Positions 1 through 9,084 of a stretch of DNA of 64,000 nt are shown one piece after another. The notes under the pieces are model-generated. The model worked only from the letters and a program-made list of their open reading frames with translations, was not told the origin of the DNA and made no database searches. The stretch lies in NCBI GenBank assembly GCA_963666985.2, contig CAXXIA010000002.1, forward strand, positions 1,472,001 to 1,536,000, given 5' to 3'. The stretch comes from Spirochaetia bacterium (GTDB taxonomy: Bacteria > Spirochaetota > Spirochaetia > DSM-2461). The translations under genes and the position numbers were made by a program. Within the stretch, counting starts at the first letter, position 1; the number at the start of each line of letters is the position of its first letter.

Positions 1-110
1 GGCTGGCGACCTTCCTTCGGGGAATACTGCCGGATGCCGGTTTTTCATGGGTGGCCCGAATCCTGAACGTCAACACCAGCATGAACACTTGGAGGGGACC
101 GAAAACATAA
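1..110 (+). CDS. 3' end of a CDS entering from the left edge (product unknown)
   Basis: Open frame ...LATFLRGILPDAGFSWVARILNVNTSMNTWRGPKT* ending in TAA at 108-110, just before the AAGGAG RBS of the next gene. Confidence 0.5.
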   Translation, partial: LATFLRGILPDAGFSWVARILNVNTSMNTWRGPKT

Positions 111-132
111 GGAATCTCAAAGGAGCATCAGC

Positions 133-1383
133 ATGATCGGCGATATCAAATTCAGAGCATACAATCCAGAAAAGGATGAAAAGGCGGTTATCCGTATCTG
201 GAAGGAATGCGGATGGCTCGACTTAAAGAAGAACCGAAAGGCTCGCGAGGCGTTCCGGGAGTTTTTGGAGTGCGGTACGGCCGACGTGGCCGAATTTCAA
301 AACACAGCCGAATGTCTGGTCTCAACCCATAAGGGCACAATTGTTCTACGGGATTCGGACCTTCCGTTCCGCGCGGTTACCGATGTCGTCACGGGACGAA
401 CACTCAGGCGTCTCGGCATCGCCGGAAAACTGACGGCTCAAACCCTTGCCCGCGCGGCGGCCGAGAAAGACGCGGTCGCGGGACTCGGAATCTTCGATCA
501 AGGTTTCTACAACAAACTCGGCTTTGGAAATCTTCCTTACATCCGAACCGTCACCTTCGATCCCCTGACCCTGAACGTCCCGAAACTGCGCCGGCCTCCG
601 ATCAGACTCGGTTTAAAGGATGCGCCGCGCATCGCGGCATCTCTTGCCGAACGCCGCAGGCGGCATGGGATGGTCATTCTCCCGCAAGAAAAATTCCTCG
701 GGATGATTATGCTCGAATCGGAAGACGACTTCGGTTTGGGCTTCGAAGATGAATACGGGAACCTCACCCACCATTTCTGGGCAAAGCCCAAGAGCTACAG
801 CGGTCCTTACGAAGTCCGATGGATGGCCTATCGCGATTATGACGGACTGACGGAACTTCTTTCCCTTATGAAAAATCTCGGCGATCAGGTTCATGCCTTC
901 ACTCTTCGGGAACCGCAGGGAATCCAAATTCAGGATCTCCTTCAAAGGCCGTCAAGAACCCGCAATATCACGAGGGGGAGCCTGTTCGCCAATGAAATAA
1001 CGGACGCATCCTTCAAGCAAATTCGGATTTTGGACTTGGATGCCGTTTTGGCGGCGCTGAAATTACCCGCGGGGTGCATTCGATTCAACCTGGAACTGAC
1101 GGATCCCATCACGGCGTTTCTGCCTGATCATGCGCCGTGGCGGGGAGTCGAAGGGGAATGGACGATCAAACTCGATGAAGACGGCTCCACGGCGAAACAC
1201 GGAATCTCTCCGGATCTGCGGACGATGAAGGCGTCGATAAACGCCTTCACCCGATTGGTTTTCGGCGTTTGCCCGGCCGGCGGCCTGGCCGTTACGGACG
1301 ATTTATCGGCCCCGGCCGACCTGTTGGACGAACTCGACCGAAAACTACTCCTGCCCGAGCCCGAAATGACGCAGATTTACTAA
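133..1383 (+). CDS. Eis-like GNAT acetyltransferase with C-terminal sterol-carrier-like domain
   Basis: 416 aa; acetyl-CoA motif RRLGIAGKL, GFYNKLGFG, C-terminal ...ASINAFTRLVFG; AAGGAG RBS. Confidence 0.8.
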   Translation: MIGDIKFRAYNPEKDEKAVIRIWKECGWLDLKKNRKAREAFREFLECGTADVAEFQNTAECLVSTHKGTIVLRDSDLPFRAVTDVVTGRTLRRLGIAGKLTAQTLARAAAEKDAVAGLGIFDQGFYNKLGFGNLPYIRTVTFDPLTLNVPKLRRPPIRLGLKDAPRIAASLAERRRRHGMVILPQEKFLGMIMLESEDDFGLGFEDEYGNLTHHFWAKPKSYSGPYEVRWMAYRDYDGLTELLSLMKNLGDQVHAFTLREPQGIQIQDLLQRPSRTRNITRGSLFANEITDASFKQIRILDLDAVLAALKLPAGCIRFNLELTDPITAFLPDHAPWRGVEGEWTIKLDEDGSTAKHGISPDLRTMKASINAFTRLVFGVCPAGGLAVTDDLSAPADLLDELDRKLLLPEPEMTQIY

Positions 1384-1471
1384 AAACCGGCGGAGGCGAT
1401 TCGGAAATCAACGATTTTTGAAATAAAGCCCTTCCACAGCGCATTCACGGGGTTTCGGCTGCCGAATAAAG

Positions 1472-1500
1472 GCCGTTCCATTCAATGAATGGACCACGGC
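1472..1500. terminator. hairpin between convergent genes
   Basis: GCCGT-TCCATTCA-A-TGAATGGA-CC-ACGGC inverted repeat; no clear U-tract. Confidence 0.35.
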
Positions 1501-1513
1501 GGACCTGAGATTC

Positions 1514-2725
1514 TTAAACCTCCAGCGCCTCCTCCAGGGCCCGCAGAAACAGTCCCACGTCGCTTACCACGCCGACCGTCTGGGCGCTGCCCCGGTCCGA
1601 AAGCTTGGTAACCACCGCGGGATTGATGTCCACGCACACGATTTTCACCCAGCTGGGGGTCATGTTGCCCGTACCGATGGAATGGAGCATGGTCGAGAGC
1701 ATCAGAATCATATCCGCTCCGGCGACGATATCGGCGTAGGCGGCCTGGGCGGCGATCATGTCCGTCTGCGTTTCCGGCAAAGGGCCGTCGTCGCGGATGG
1801 ATCCGGCCAGACAATACGGCGTTCCTTTACGGATAATCTCATACATCAGCCCGGAGGTGAGTTCCCCGGCATCCATCATTTTCCGAATGGAACCGTGGGA
1901 ATAGACGGCGTTGATGGCCATCATATGATTCTTATGTCCTTCATGGGTGGGTCTGCCGGTAGCCAGATCCACGCCCAGCGAGGTTCCGAAAAGACGATAT
2001 TCCAAGTCGTGAACAGCGATGGCGTTCCCTCCGAGGAAGCCGTCGATCCAGCCCTCCTTCACCAGGGCGGCCAGCGCATCGGCGCCGCCGGTATGAACCA
2101 CGACGGGACCGGCCACCACGACGATTTTTCCGCCGTTTTCCCGAATGCTCCGCATCTGATCGGCGATTTTCTCCGCCGCCTGCGTGGCGTTCCGCTCGGA
2201 AGACACTTCGTTGCTCATGAAAGCAAAACCGTCGGAGGCCGCCGCTTGCGTTTCGGGAGGAAACACCCGAACCGATCCGGCTCCCACAAGTACGGAATCG
2301 CCCGCCTTCAGATCGCGGAGCTTCACGCATTCCAGGCCCGCGGAACGGCGGACGACCGCGGCGTCCATCCTCTGTCGGGCCACGGGCCGCCATCGCCCGC
2401 CGGTGAAAACTTCGCTGCGATGATTGGTGGTGGAATAAAAATCCTGAGGCGCCGCCCGGTCGCGGACAACTTCACTCCAAACCGCTTCGCTCTCGCCCAG
2501 GGCATGAACTCCCATCGGAACAAGCTTCGCGGCGACCGCTTCCAGCGCTTCCTCGGAACCGGCCTTAAGCCGAATCCGCATCGTCGATTCTTCCTCGGGA
2601 ACCTTTCCCACGTCGAAGCGCAGAATCTCGTAGTCCACCCCTTCGCGCAGAATGATATTTAAAACGGCGGACAGCAAACCGGAGTCGATCAAATGCCCTT
2701 TGTGGATCAGATCTTTGGTAACCAT
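1514..2725 (-). CDS. TIGR00300/LOR-SDH-domain protein, ornithine cyclodeaminase-like (ArgZ/AgrE C-terminal type)
   Basis: GHLIDSG, FYSTTNH, GPVVVHTG, GNAIAVHD, LAGSIRDDGPLP, MLHSIGTGN, VDINPAVVTKLSDRGS motifs. Confidence 0.85.
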   Translation of the reverse strand: MVTKDLIHKGHLIDSGLLSAVLNIILREGVDYEILRFDVGKVPEEESTMRIRLKAGSEEALEAVAAKLVPMGVHALGESEAVWSEVVRDRAAPQDFYSTTNHRSEVFTGGRWRPVARQRMDAAVVRRSAGLECVKLRDLKAGDSVLVGAGSVRVFPPETQAAASDGFAFMSNEVSSERNATQAAEKIADQMRSIRENGGKIVVVAGPVVVHTGGADALAALVKEGWIDGFLGGNAIAVHDLEYRLFGTSLGVDLATGRPTHEGHKNHMMAINAVYSHGSIRKMMDAGELTSGLMYEIIRKGTPYCLAGSIRDDGPLPETQTDMIAAQAAYADIVAGADMILMLSTMLHSIGTGNMTPSWVKIVCVDINPAVVTKLSDRGSAQTVGVVSDVGLFLRALEEALEV

Positions 2726-2756
2726 GGGGTGAATATGACCGGGGCGTGCCGGGATT

Positions 2757-5735
2757 TCAACCCCCGGTTTCTTTCAGCGCCGCTTTCATCTTTTCCGGCG
2801 TTGCGGGGAGGTGCGTCATTCGCACGCCCACGGCGTCGCAAACGGATGCGATGATTGCCGGCGCCGTTGCCAGAGACGGCACTTCGGCAAGTCCCTTAAC
2901 CCCGTAGGGTCCCCAGGGGTGCGGCACTTCCACCAAAACATTGATGATTTCAGGCACTTCGTTCGCCTTGGGCAGTCCGCATGCTCCCAAAGTCTTCGTA
3001 ACGGCGCGTCCTTCCTCCGTGCGAAACTCCTCGCTCAGTGCGTAGCCCACGCCCATTCCCACGCCCCCTTCCTGCTGACCTTCGACGGCCCGGGGATTTA
3101 AAGGATTCCCGATATCGCCCGCGGTAACGATCTTTAAGACCTTCACGGCGCCCGTTTCCGGATTCACCGCCGTCCAGGCGGCCTGAGCGCCGTAACCGTA
3201 GCACCAATGAGTTCGATAATTAAGAAGGGGTTTCGCGCCGTCTTTGAGGCTGCCGCGGCCGCCGTCTTTCTCGGGGCCGTCCGCGCCGTCCACATCGTCC
3301 GCGCCGCCCGCGTTTTCCCGCCGATGGAAGTGATCGGAGGCGCAGCCGCAGCCGGTGTCCTCGGAGGAAGCGGCCCGCGCACCCCCGCTTCGATCCTCGG
3401 GGAGCATCGGCATCGGCTCCTCGGGGAAACCCTCGGTTTCCGGGGCGAAAGACCGGTATTCGGCCGTGAATTCGCCGCCGAGGTCGGCCAAGGAAATTTT
3501 GCGCTCTCCATTTTTCTCAACGACCGCATCGCCTTCCAGAATCAGGACGCCGGGATTCTGAATGCCGAGCCCGGCGGCGGCCTTTTCCAGCAGATCGGAA
3601 AGAAGAGTTCGGCAGGCGCCCAGGGTGGCGTTCCCCGAAAGGAAGGTTTGCCGTGAAGCCGTGGTGGCTCCCGCGAACGGTGTAGCGCCCGTATCCGGTT
3701 CGTGTACGGTCACCCGAGCCACCGGCACGCCCAAGGCTTTGGAAACAATTTTCGCCTGACCGGCGGCGGCGCCCTGGCCGTATTCATGATGAGTGACAAA
3801 AAGCCGGATGGAACCGTCGGAGCTCAGCACGACGCGGGCGCCCGCGCTCTCGGGGAAATTATGTCCGAACCCGATATTCTTCACGCCGCAGGCAATACCG
3901 AATCCGGGAACGAAACCGGCCGGAATCGGAGGAGCCTCTTCCCGTTCCGCGGCACTCCGAAGCGCTTCGATCACCTCCACAGCACCGGGAAGACCGGGTT
4001 CCAGAACGTGTCCGGTAACCGTCGGCAGTCCCGGACGAAGAGCGTTTTTGATTCGGATTTCATACGGATCGGCTCCGGTTTTGCAAACGGCCATGTCCAC
4101 CAGCGATTCGATGACGAAATTGGCCTGATTCGCGCCGAAGCCCCGCATGGCGCCGGTCATTACGTTATGGGTATGCACCGAAACGCCGTGTATGGAAACT
4201 TCGGGGATGTAATAGGGACCGCCGACGAAAGCCATCATGTTTTCGATGATGTCGAAACCGATGGCGGCGTAAGCGCCTTTATCGGTCAGAATATCCGCCT
4301 GAAGCGCGGTGAAGCGGCCGTCCCCGTCCAGCCCCAGGCGGGCCTTGAAACGGGAGGGATGCTTCTTCTGCACCGCCTGAAGCGATTGGGCCCGCGTCAG
4401 GGTGATTTTCACAGGCCGGTTGAATTTCAAAGCCCCCAGAGCCAGAAGGTGCTGAAGAAGAACGTCTTCCTTGCCTCCGAAAGCCCCGCCCGTAGGCAGC
4501 TGGATAACCCGGACTTTATCTTCGGGCAGCCCGACGCATTCGGCCACCTGCCGCCTGTCGTCATACACGGTTTGAGTGGGATAGCGGATAATCACGCCGC
4601 CGTTTCCGTCGGCTTCGGCGTGACCCGATTCGGGCTCCATGTAGCCGTGAATAACACGTTCGGTGGTGAAAATTCCTTCCACGACCGTGTGGGATTTCGC
4701 CAAGGCGGCTTCGGCATCGCCGCGAACCAGAGTTTCTTCGTAAAAGACATTTCCCGGCTTCGACGGATTCACCTGCGGCGCGCCGTCCTTCAGGGCGGCG
4801 TCCATATCGAAAACTCCGGGCAAAGTCCGGTACACGGCCTCGGCCGCCTCCAAAGCCGCACTCGCCGCTTCGGGAGTTTCGGCGAAAAGAACACACAGAG
4901 GGTCCGCGACCGAACGGATTTCGCCGCCGACGGGAACCAGACCGGGTTCGTCTCTATCCACCATGCCGATTCGGTTTGAACCCTTAACATCTTCGGCCCT
5001 CAGAACGCCCGCAACACCGTCTACGGCCAGAGAGGCATCCAGCCTGAGTTCCTCCAAAACGGCATGAGGTTCTTCGGAATAGAAAACCGCGCCGTAGAGA
5101 ACCCCTTCCGGATGGATATCGTCGGCATACCGTATTCGGGCCGTAACGCGTTCGGCCGCATCCGAGCGGCGCAGAGCGGCGTCATCGTCCTTCTCCGCCA
5201 GCCTGGGCGCCTCGCCCCGGAGAAGACGCCCGGCTTCCTCCACGGCATCGACGATTTTCGCATACCCGGTACAGCGGCAGAGATTGCGCGGGGCGATGTA
5301 TTTCCGAATCTCCTCGCGGGTCGGATCGGGATTCGCGTCCAGTAAGGCCTTGGCCGTCAGAATCATTCCCGGCGTGCAGAATCCGCACTGCACCGCGCCG
5401 GCGTCGACGAACGCTTTCTGTATCGGATGAAGCTCCCCGTCGGGACCGGAAAGCCCCTCGACTGTTTCGATGAGGGCGCCGGAAAGCCGGGAGCCGCTCA
5501 TCTTCGTAACACAGGATTTGATCGGACGGCCGTTGAGCAGAACCGTGCAGGCGCCGCAGTGACCCGTTCCGCAGCCGTTGCGCGCGCCGAACAGGCCGTG
5601 CTCCCGGCGCAGGTAATCCAGAAGAGTCGTTCCGGCTTTAACCCGCGCACTCACGTTTTGGCCGTTCAAAACAAAAGCCGTCTCTATAAATTCTTCATTC
5701 ACGGATGTTTCCGCGGCTTGGTGTTTCTCGCTCAC
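2757..5735 (-). CDS. xanthine dehydrogenase/aldehyde oxidoreductase family Mo-protein with fused 2x[2Fe-2S] domain
   Basis: GCGTGHCGACTV, QCGFCTPG, NLCRCTGY, GGAFGGK, AMRGFG, GVKGLAE; no FAD domain; GTG at 5735 follows a TAAGGA RBS (ORF track begins at 5741). Confidence 0.9.
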   Translation of the reverse strand: MSEKHQAAETSVNEEFIETAFVLNGQNVSARVKAGTTLLDYLRREHGLFGARNGCGTGHCGACTVLLNGRPIKSCVTKMSGSRLSGALIETVEGLSGPDGELHPIQKAFVDAGAVQCGFCTPGMILTAKALLDANPDPTREEIRKYIAPRNLCRCTGYAKIVDAVEEAGRLLRGEAPRLAEKDDDAALRRSDAAERVTARIRYADDIHPEGVLYGAVFYSEEPHAVLEELRLDASLAVDGVAGVLRAEDVKGSNRIGMVDRDEPGLVPVGGEIRSVADPLCVLFAETPEAASAALEAAEAVYRTLPGVFDMDAALKDGAPQVNPSKPGNVFYEETLVRGDAEAALAKSHTVVEGIFTTERVIHGYMEPESGHAEADGNGGVIIRYPTQTVYDDRRQVAECVGLPEDKVRVIQLPTGGAFGGKEDVLLQHLLALGALKFNRPVKITLTRAQSLQAVQKKHPSRFKARLGLDGDGRFTALQADILTDKGAYAAIGFDIIENMMAFVGGPYYIPEVSIHGVSVHTHNVMTGAMRGFGANQANFVIESLVDMAVCKTGADPYEIRIKNALRPGLPTVTGHVLEPGLPGAVEVIEALRSAAEREEAPPIPAGFVPGFGIACGVKNIGFGHNFPESAGARVVLSSDGSIRLFVTHHEYGQGAAAGQAKIVSKALGVPVARVTVHEPDTGATPFAGATTASRQTFLSGNATLGACRTLLSDLLEKAAAGLGIQNPGVLILEGDAVVEKNGERKISLADLGGEFTAEYRSFAPETEGFPEEPMPMLPEDRSGGARAASSEDTGCGCASDHFHRRENAGGADDVDGADGPEKDGGRGSLKDGAKPLLNYRTHWCYGYGAQAAWTAVNPETGAVKVLKIVTAGDIGNPLNPRAVEGQQEGGVGMGVGYALSEEFRTEEGRAVTKTLGACGLPKANEVPEIINVLVEVPHPWGPYGVKGLAEVPSLATAPAIIASVCDAVGVRMTHLPATPEKMKAALKETGG

Positions 5736-5744
5736 AATCAATCC

Positions 5745-6410
5745 TTATCTCAAAGCATTCAAATAAACGCCGATAAACTCGTCGATTCTTTTATGCCGGT
5801 ACTGCATGATCCATCGGGGATGGGGCAGCGGTTCAACGCGGTCGAAAAATCCGTGCCGATCGTTGAAAGCCTTCAGCGCATCAAAATTTTTCCCCCGCCC
5901 CATGCTGAACGCCGTACGGCGATCGGCTCCGGCGGCGATCTGCCGCCTCATGGCCTCGGCCATCCATTCGTCCAGACGTTCGGCCAGTCCCCCGACATCA
6001 TAATAATTCAAATTCTTTCCGTCCCGAACATAACCCACGGGAGAAAGAGCCGTCAGATAAAAACGGGAACAGAATTCCTTCACACCGCCGTATGCATTCA
6101 TCATTTTATAGACAAAATCGCTGGAAAGCTCCCGGCCGCCCTTCAGATCGTGCGGAATCCCGCAGTCTTCCGCCAAACGGATAGGATCGGTAAAACAAAT
6201 ACCGGTAACTCCGGCACCGAAACGTCCGGGGTTTATCCCTATGAGGAAAACGCGGGAAGCCGAATCGCCGTAGAACTTTTCGTAGTACGCGCCCATCACG
6301 CGCCGGGTTTCGGGGTTTCCGTAGGGCCACAGAATCTCCACGCCGCCGGGAAGTTCCTGCGGCGGTGTTAGGGTATCGAAGAAATCCAGAATGGCGCCGG
6401 CGAAACTCAT
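5745..6410 (-). CDS. uracil-DNA glycosylase superfamily, SMUG2/DUF4918 type
   Basis: GINPGRFGAGVTGICFTDP and LPHPRWIMQY motifs. Confidence 0.85.
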   Translation of the reverse strand: MSFAGAILDFFDTLTPPQELPGGVEILWPYGNPETRRVMGAYYEKFYGDSASRVFLIGINPGRFGAGVTGICFTDPIRLAEDCGIPHDLKGGRELSSDFVYKMMNAYGGVKEFCSRFYLTALSPVGYVRDGKNLNYYDVGGLAERLDEWMAEAMRRQIAAGADRRTAFSMGRGKNFDALKAFNDRHGFFDRVEPLPHPRWIMQYRHKRIDEFIGVYLNALR

Positions 6411-6528
6411 GCGGGGGATTCTACACGTTTCGGCCGGAAATAGGGAGATTGTGATATATATTGAGTCAATGTATTATCAGATTGCAGCTTTTTATGAATA
6501 AAATACAATTGTTAGTCAGGAGAAAACA

Positions 6529-7011
6529 ATGAAAAAAGTGATGATGCTGATTCTCGTCATTGCCGCTTTGGCCATTCCCGCAATGGCCGCGGACAACGGA
6601 CAGGGGAAAATGAAAGCAGGCGGACTTTTCGGATATCCCTCCGGGGTTGCCGCCACTATCGGTGTTCCCATCGGCAATACAACCGAATTAAACGGAATCG
6701 TCGGTTTCGGCTGGAATTTCAACTACCTGGCCGCCGGAGCGAATTTTCTGTGGACTCTTTGGGAACCGGAAATCGAAGGCGAAACATTTCCTTTATCTCT
6801 CGGACCGGAAGCGGTTGTCTTCGTCCCCTTGAACAACGCCGACGTTTTGGGACTGGGCGTTTATGCGAATCTGCGCTGGGAGTACACCTTCGACTTTCCC
6901 TTGAATTTATTCGTAGAATTCGGATTGGGTCTTGATATTTTCTTCTGGGACAGCGGTTCCGTTGCCGGCTTTGACGGCAAAGGCGCTGTCGGAGCACGGT
7001 ACGTTTTTTAA
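6529..7011 (+). CDS. small outer-membrane beta-barrel protein (DUF3996-like, spirochaetal)
   Basis: Signal peptide, amphipathic strands, FPLNLFVE motif, terminal GARYVF; AGGAG RBS. Confidence 0.7.
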   Translation: MKKVMMLILVIAALAIPAMAADNGQGKMKAGGLFGYPSGVAATIGVPIGNTTELNGIVGFGWNFNYLAAGANFLWTLWEPEIEGETFPLSLGPEAVVFVPLNNADVLGLGVYANLRWEYTFDFPLNLFVEFGLGLDIFFWDSGSVAGFDGKGAVGARYVF

Positions 7012-7409
7012 CCGATTTCAATAGAGTGCTCGGGGCGGCCGGAATGCGGCCGTTCCGAAAACACATCTTGAGAGGACGGAGGGCCGGTCGCGGTTTAGCG
7101 AATCGAGTCTTTCTCATCTCCGCGGAACGCCGCGCCGACCGCTTCCTTCGGTTGACAACCGTCTTCAATATCAGAAAATTCGGCCTCTGCGCACCGCTTC
7201 GGTAAAACGGCGAAAGCGGAGTTACACCCGATATAATTCATGAAATCCAATCAATGCACCCGTTTCACCGCTAAGATGAGGCATGGGCCGAACGCTTCTT
7301 GGTTTATACTCAAAAAGAGACCGGGGACGTTCGATAAGATTTAAAACGGACCACAAACATGCGGAAACGCAATATTTTACCTAAATAATGCGCATCTGCA
7401 CAAAAGAAA

Positions 7410-7449
7410 GTCAAAATATTTGACATATACACTGCTTCAAAGATAGTAT
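7410..7449 (+). promoter_or_regulatory. sigma-70-like promoter of the Lrp gene with an overlapping palindrome
   Basis: TTGACA (7420-7425), 18 nt, TAGTAT (7444-7449); palindrome GTCAAA-ATA-TTTGAC (7410-7424). Confidence 0.5.
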
Positions 7450-7465
7450 ACCGGGGAGTTGGAGA

Positions 7466-7915
7466 ATGGATCACAAGCTTGACGAGCATGACCTGGCCAT
7501 TGTTCGGAATCTGTGGGACGGGCGGATGCCGTACGCGGATATCGCGGAAAAAGTCGGTCTAACCACCAATACGGTTCGGAATCGAGTGAACCGAATGGCG
7601 GAGAGCGGAGCTCTTCAAATCATAGGCTTGGTAAATCCCGCCGCCGTCGACGGAACGAGTTCGGCGTTCATCGGCTTTAATGTACTGCCGTCCAAGGCGG
7701 ATACCGCCCTGCGGCAGATTCAAGGCATGAAGAACATGGTTGGGGCGGCAACGGTCAGCGGACGGTTCGATATAATGGGAATCTTCATGTTCAACGAAGA
7801 ATTCTCCCATGAACGGTTCCTCAAGGAGGAACTGAAAAACGTCGACGGACTGCAGAGCGTCGAGACCTTCTTCGTCATCGGAGGTTCCACCTTCCAGCTC
7901 CGATACGTGCTGTAA
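7466..7915 (+). CDS. Lrp/AsnC family transcriptional regulator
   Basis: N-terminal HTH (DGRMPYADIAEKVGLTTNTVRNRV), SGRFD in the RAM domain. Confidence 0.9.
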   Translation: MDHKLDEHDLAIVRNLWDGRMPYADIAEKVGLTTNTVRNRVNRMAESGALQIIGLVNPAAVDGTSSAFIGFNVLPSKADTALRQIQGMKNMVGAATVSGRFDIMGIFMFNEEFSHERFLKEELKNVDGLQSVETFFVIGGSTFQLRYVL

Positions 7916-7992
7916 GCCATTCGAATCAATCGGTAAGCAGCTTTAAAAAATCTCACTCGAAACCCGGGCCGAGGCCGCGGGGCGGAGGTGCT

Positions 7993-9084
7993 ATGCGCAA
8001 ACTGACTGCGGAGGATATCGAATATATCGCCATGGGAGCCGCGATTCTCGGCGCCGGCGGCGGCGGAGATCCGTACATCGGGAAACTGATGGCTCAGCAA
8101 GCCATCAAAGAACACGGCGACGTGGAACTGCTCTCGGCGGAAGAATTGCCTGATGAGGCCCTGATTATTCCATCGGCGATGATGGGCGCTCCGGCCGTCA
8201 TGGTGGAAAAACTTCCCAACGGCGGCGAGCCCGCGGCGGCGTTCCAATCCCTGGAACGTTATTTGGGCAAGAAAGCTTCCGCCGTTCTCCCCATTGAGGC
8301 CGGAGGGATTAATTCCTGCATCCCCATCTATACGGCCGCGACGCTGAGACTGCCGCTGGTGGATGCGGACGGCATGGGACGGGCGTTCCCCGAGCTTCCC
8401 ATGGTTACCTTCAGCGTGGCCGGAATACCGGCCTCGCCGATGATGGTCTGTGACGAAAAAGGCAACAAGCTCCTTTTGGAAACCGTCGATAATCCGTGGA
8501 GCGAGACCCTGGCGCGTACGGCCACGGTGGCCATGGGGCTTTCATCCATGATCAGTCTCTACTGCATGAACGGAGCCCAGCTGAAGAAGTATGCCATTAA
8601 GGGCACGATTTCGCTTGCCAAGGAAATCGGACGGCGCATCATCGAATCCAGCAAATCGAATGTCAGCCCCATCGAATCGATTATCGAGGCTACCAAAGGA
8701 TACCGTCTCTTCGAAGGAAAAATTACCGACGTTCGGCGGGATCTTACAAGCGGATTCATCCGGGGCAAGGTGGTGATCGAGGGCACCGGCGCCGATAAGG
8801 GTTCCGCCTTCGCCATGGATTTCCAAAACGAAAACCTCGTGGGCTACCGGGACGGAACCCCCGTGGCCATCACTCCGGATCTCATCACCGTAATCGACGC
8901 GGAGAAGGGATTTCCCATTACCACGGAGGGCCTGCGCTACGGACAGCGCGCCGTGGTAATCGGCATGCCTTGCGATCCGTTCTGGAGAACCGAAGCCGGA
9001 CTGAAGCAGGTCGGACCGCGATATTTCAAGTACGACCTGGACTACGTTCCCATTGAAAATCTCGCATCAGGAGCCGCGAAATGA
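7993..9084 (+). CDS. DUF917 family protein
   Basis: LGAGGGGDP, IEAGGINS, VDADGMGRAFPE, FQNENL, PDLI, LRYGQR motifs. Confidence 0.9.
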   Translation: MRKLTAEDIEYIAMGAAILGAGGGGDPYIGKLMAQQAIKEHGDVELLSAEELPDEALIIPSAMMGAPAVMVEKLPNGGEPAAAFQSLERYLGKKASAVLPIEAGGINSCIPIYTAATLRLPLVDADGMGRAFPELPMVTFSVAGIPASPMMVCDEKGNKLLLETVDNPWSETLARTATVAMGLSSMISLYCMNGAQLKKYAIKGTISLAKEIGRRIIESSKSNVSPIESIIEATKGYRLFEGKITDVRRDLTSGFIRGKVVIEGTGADKGSAFAMDFQNENLVGYRDGTPVAITPDLITVIDAEKGFPITTEGLRYGQRAVVIGMPCDPFWRTEAGLKQVGPRYFKYDLDYVPIENLASGAAK

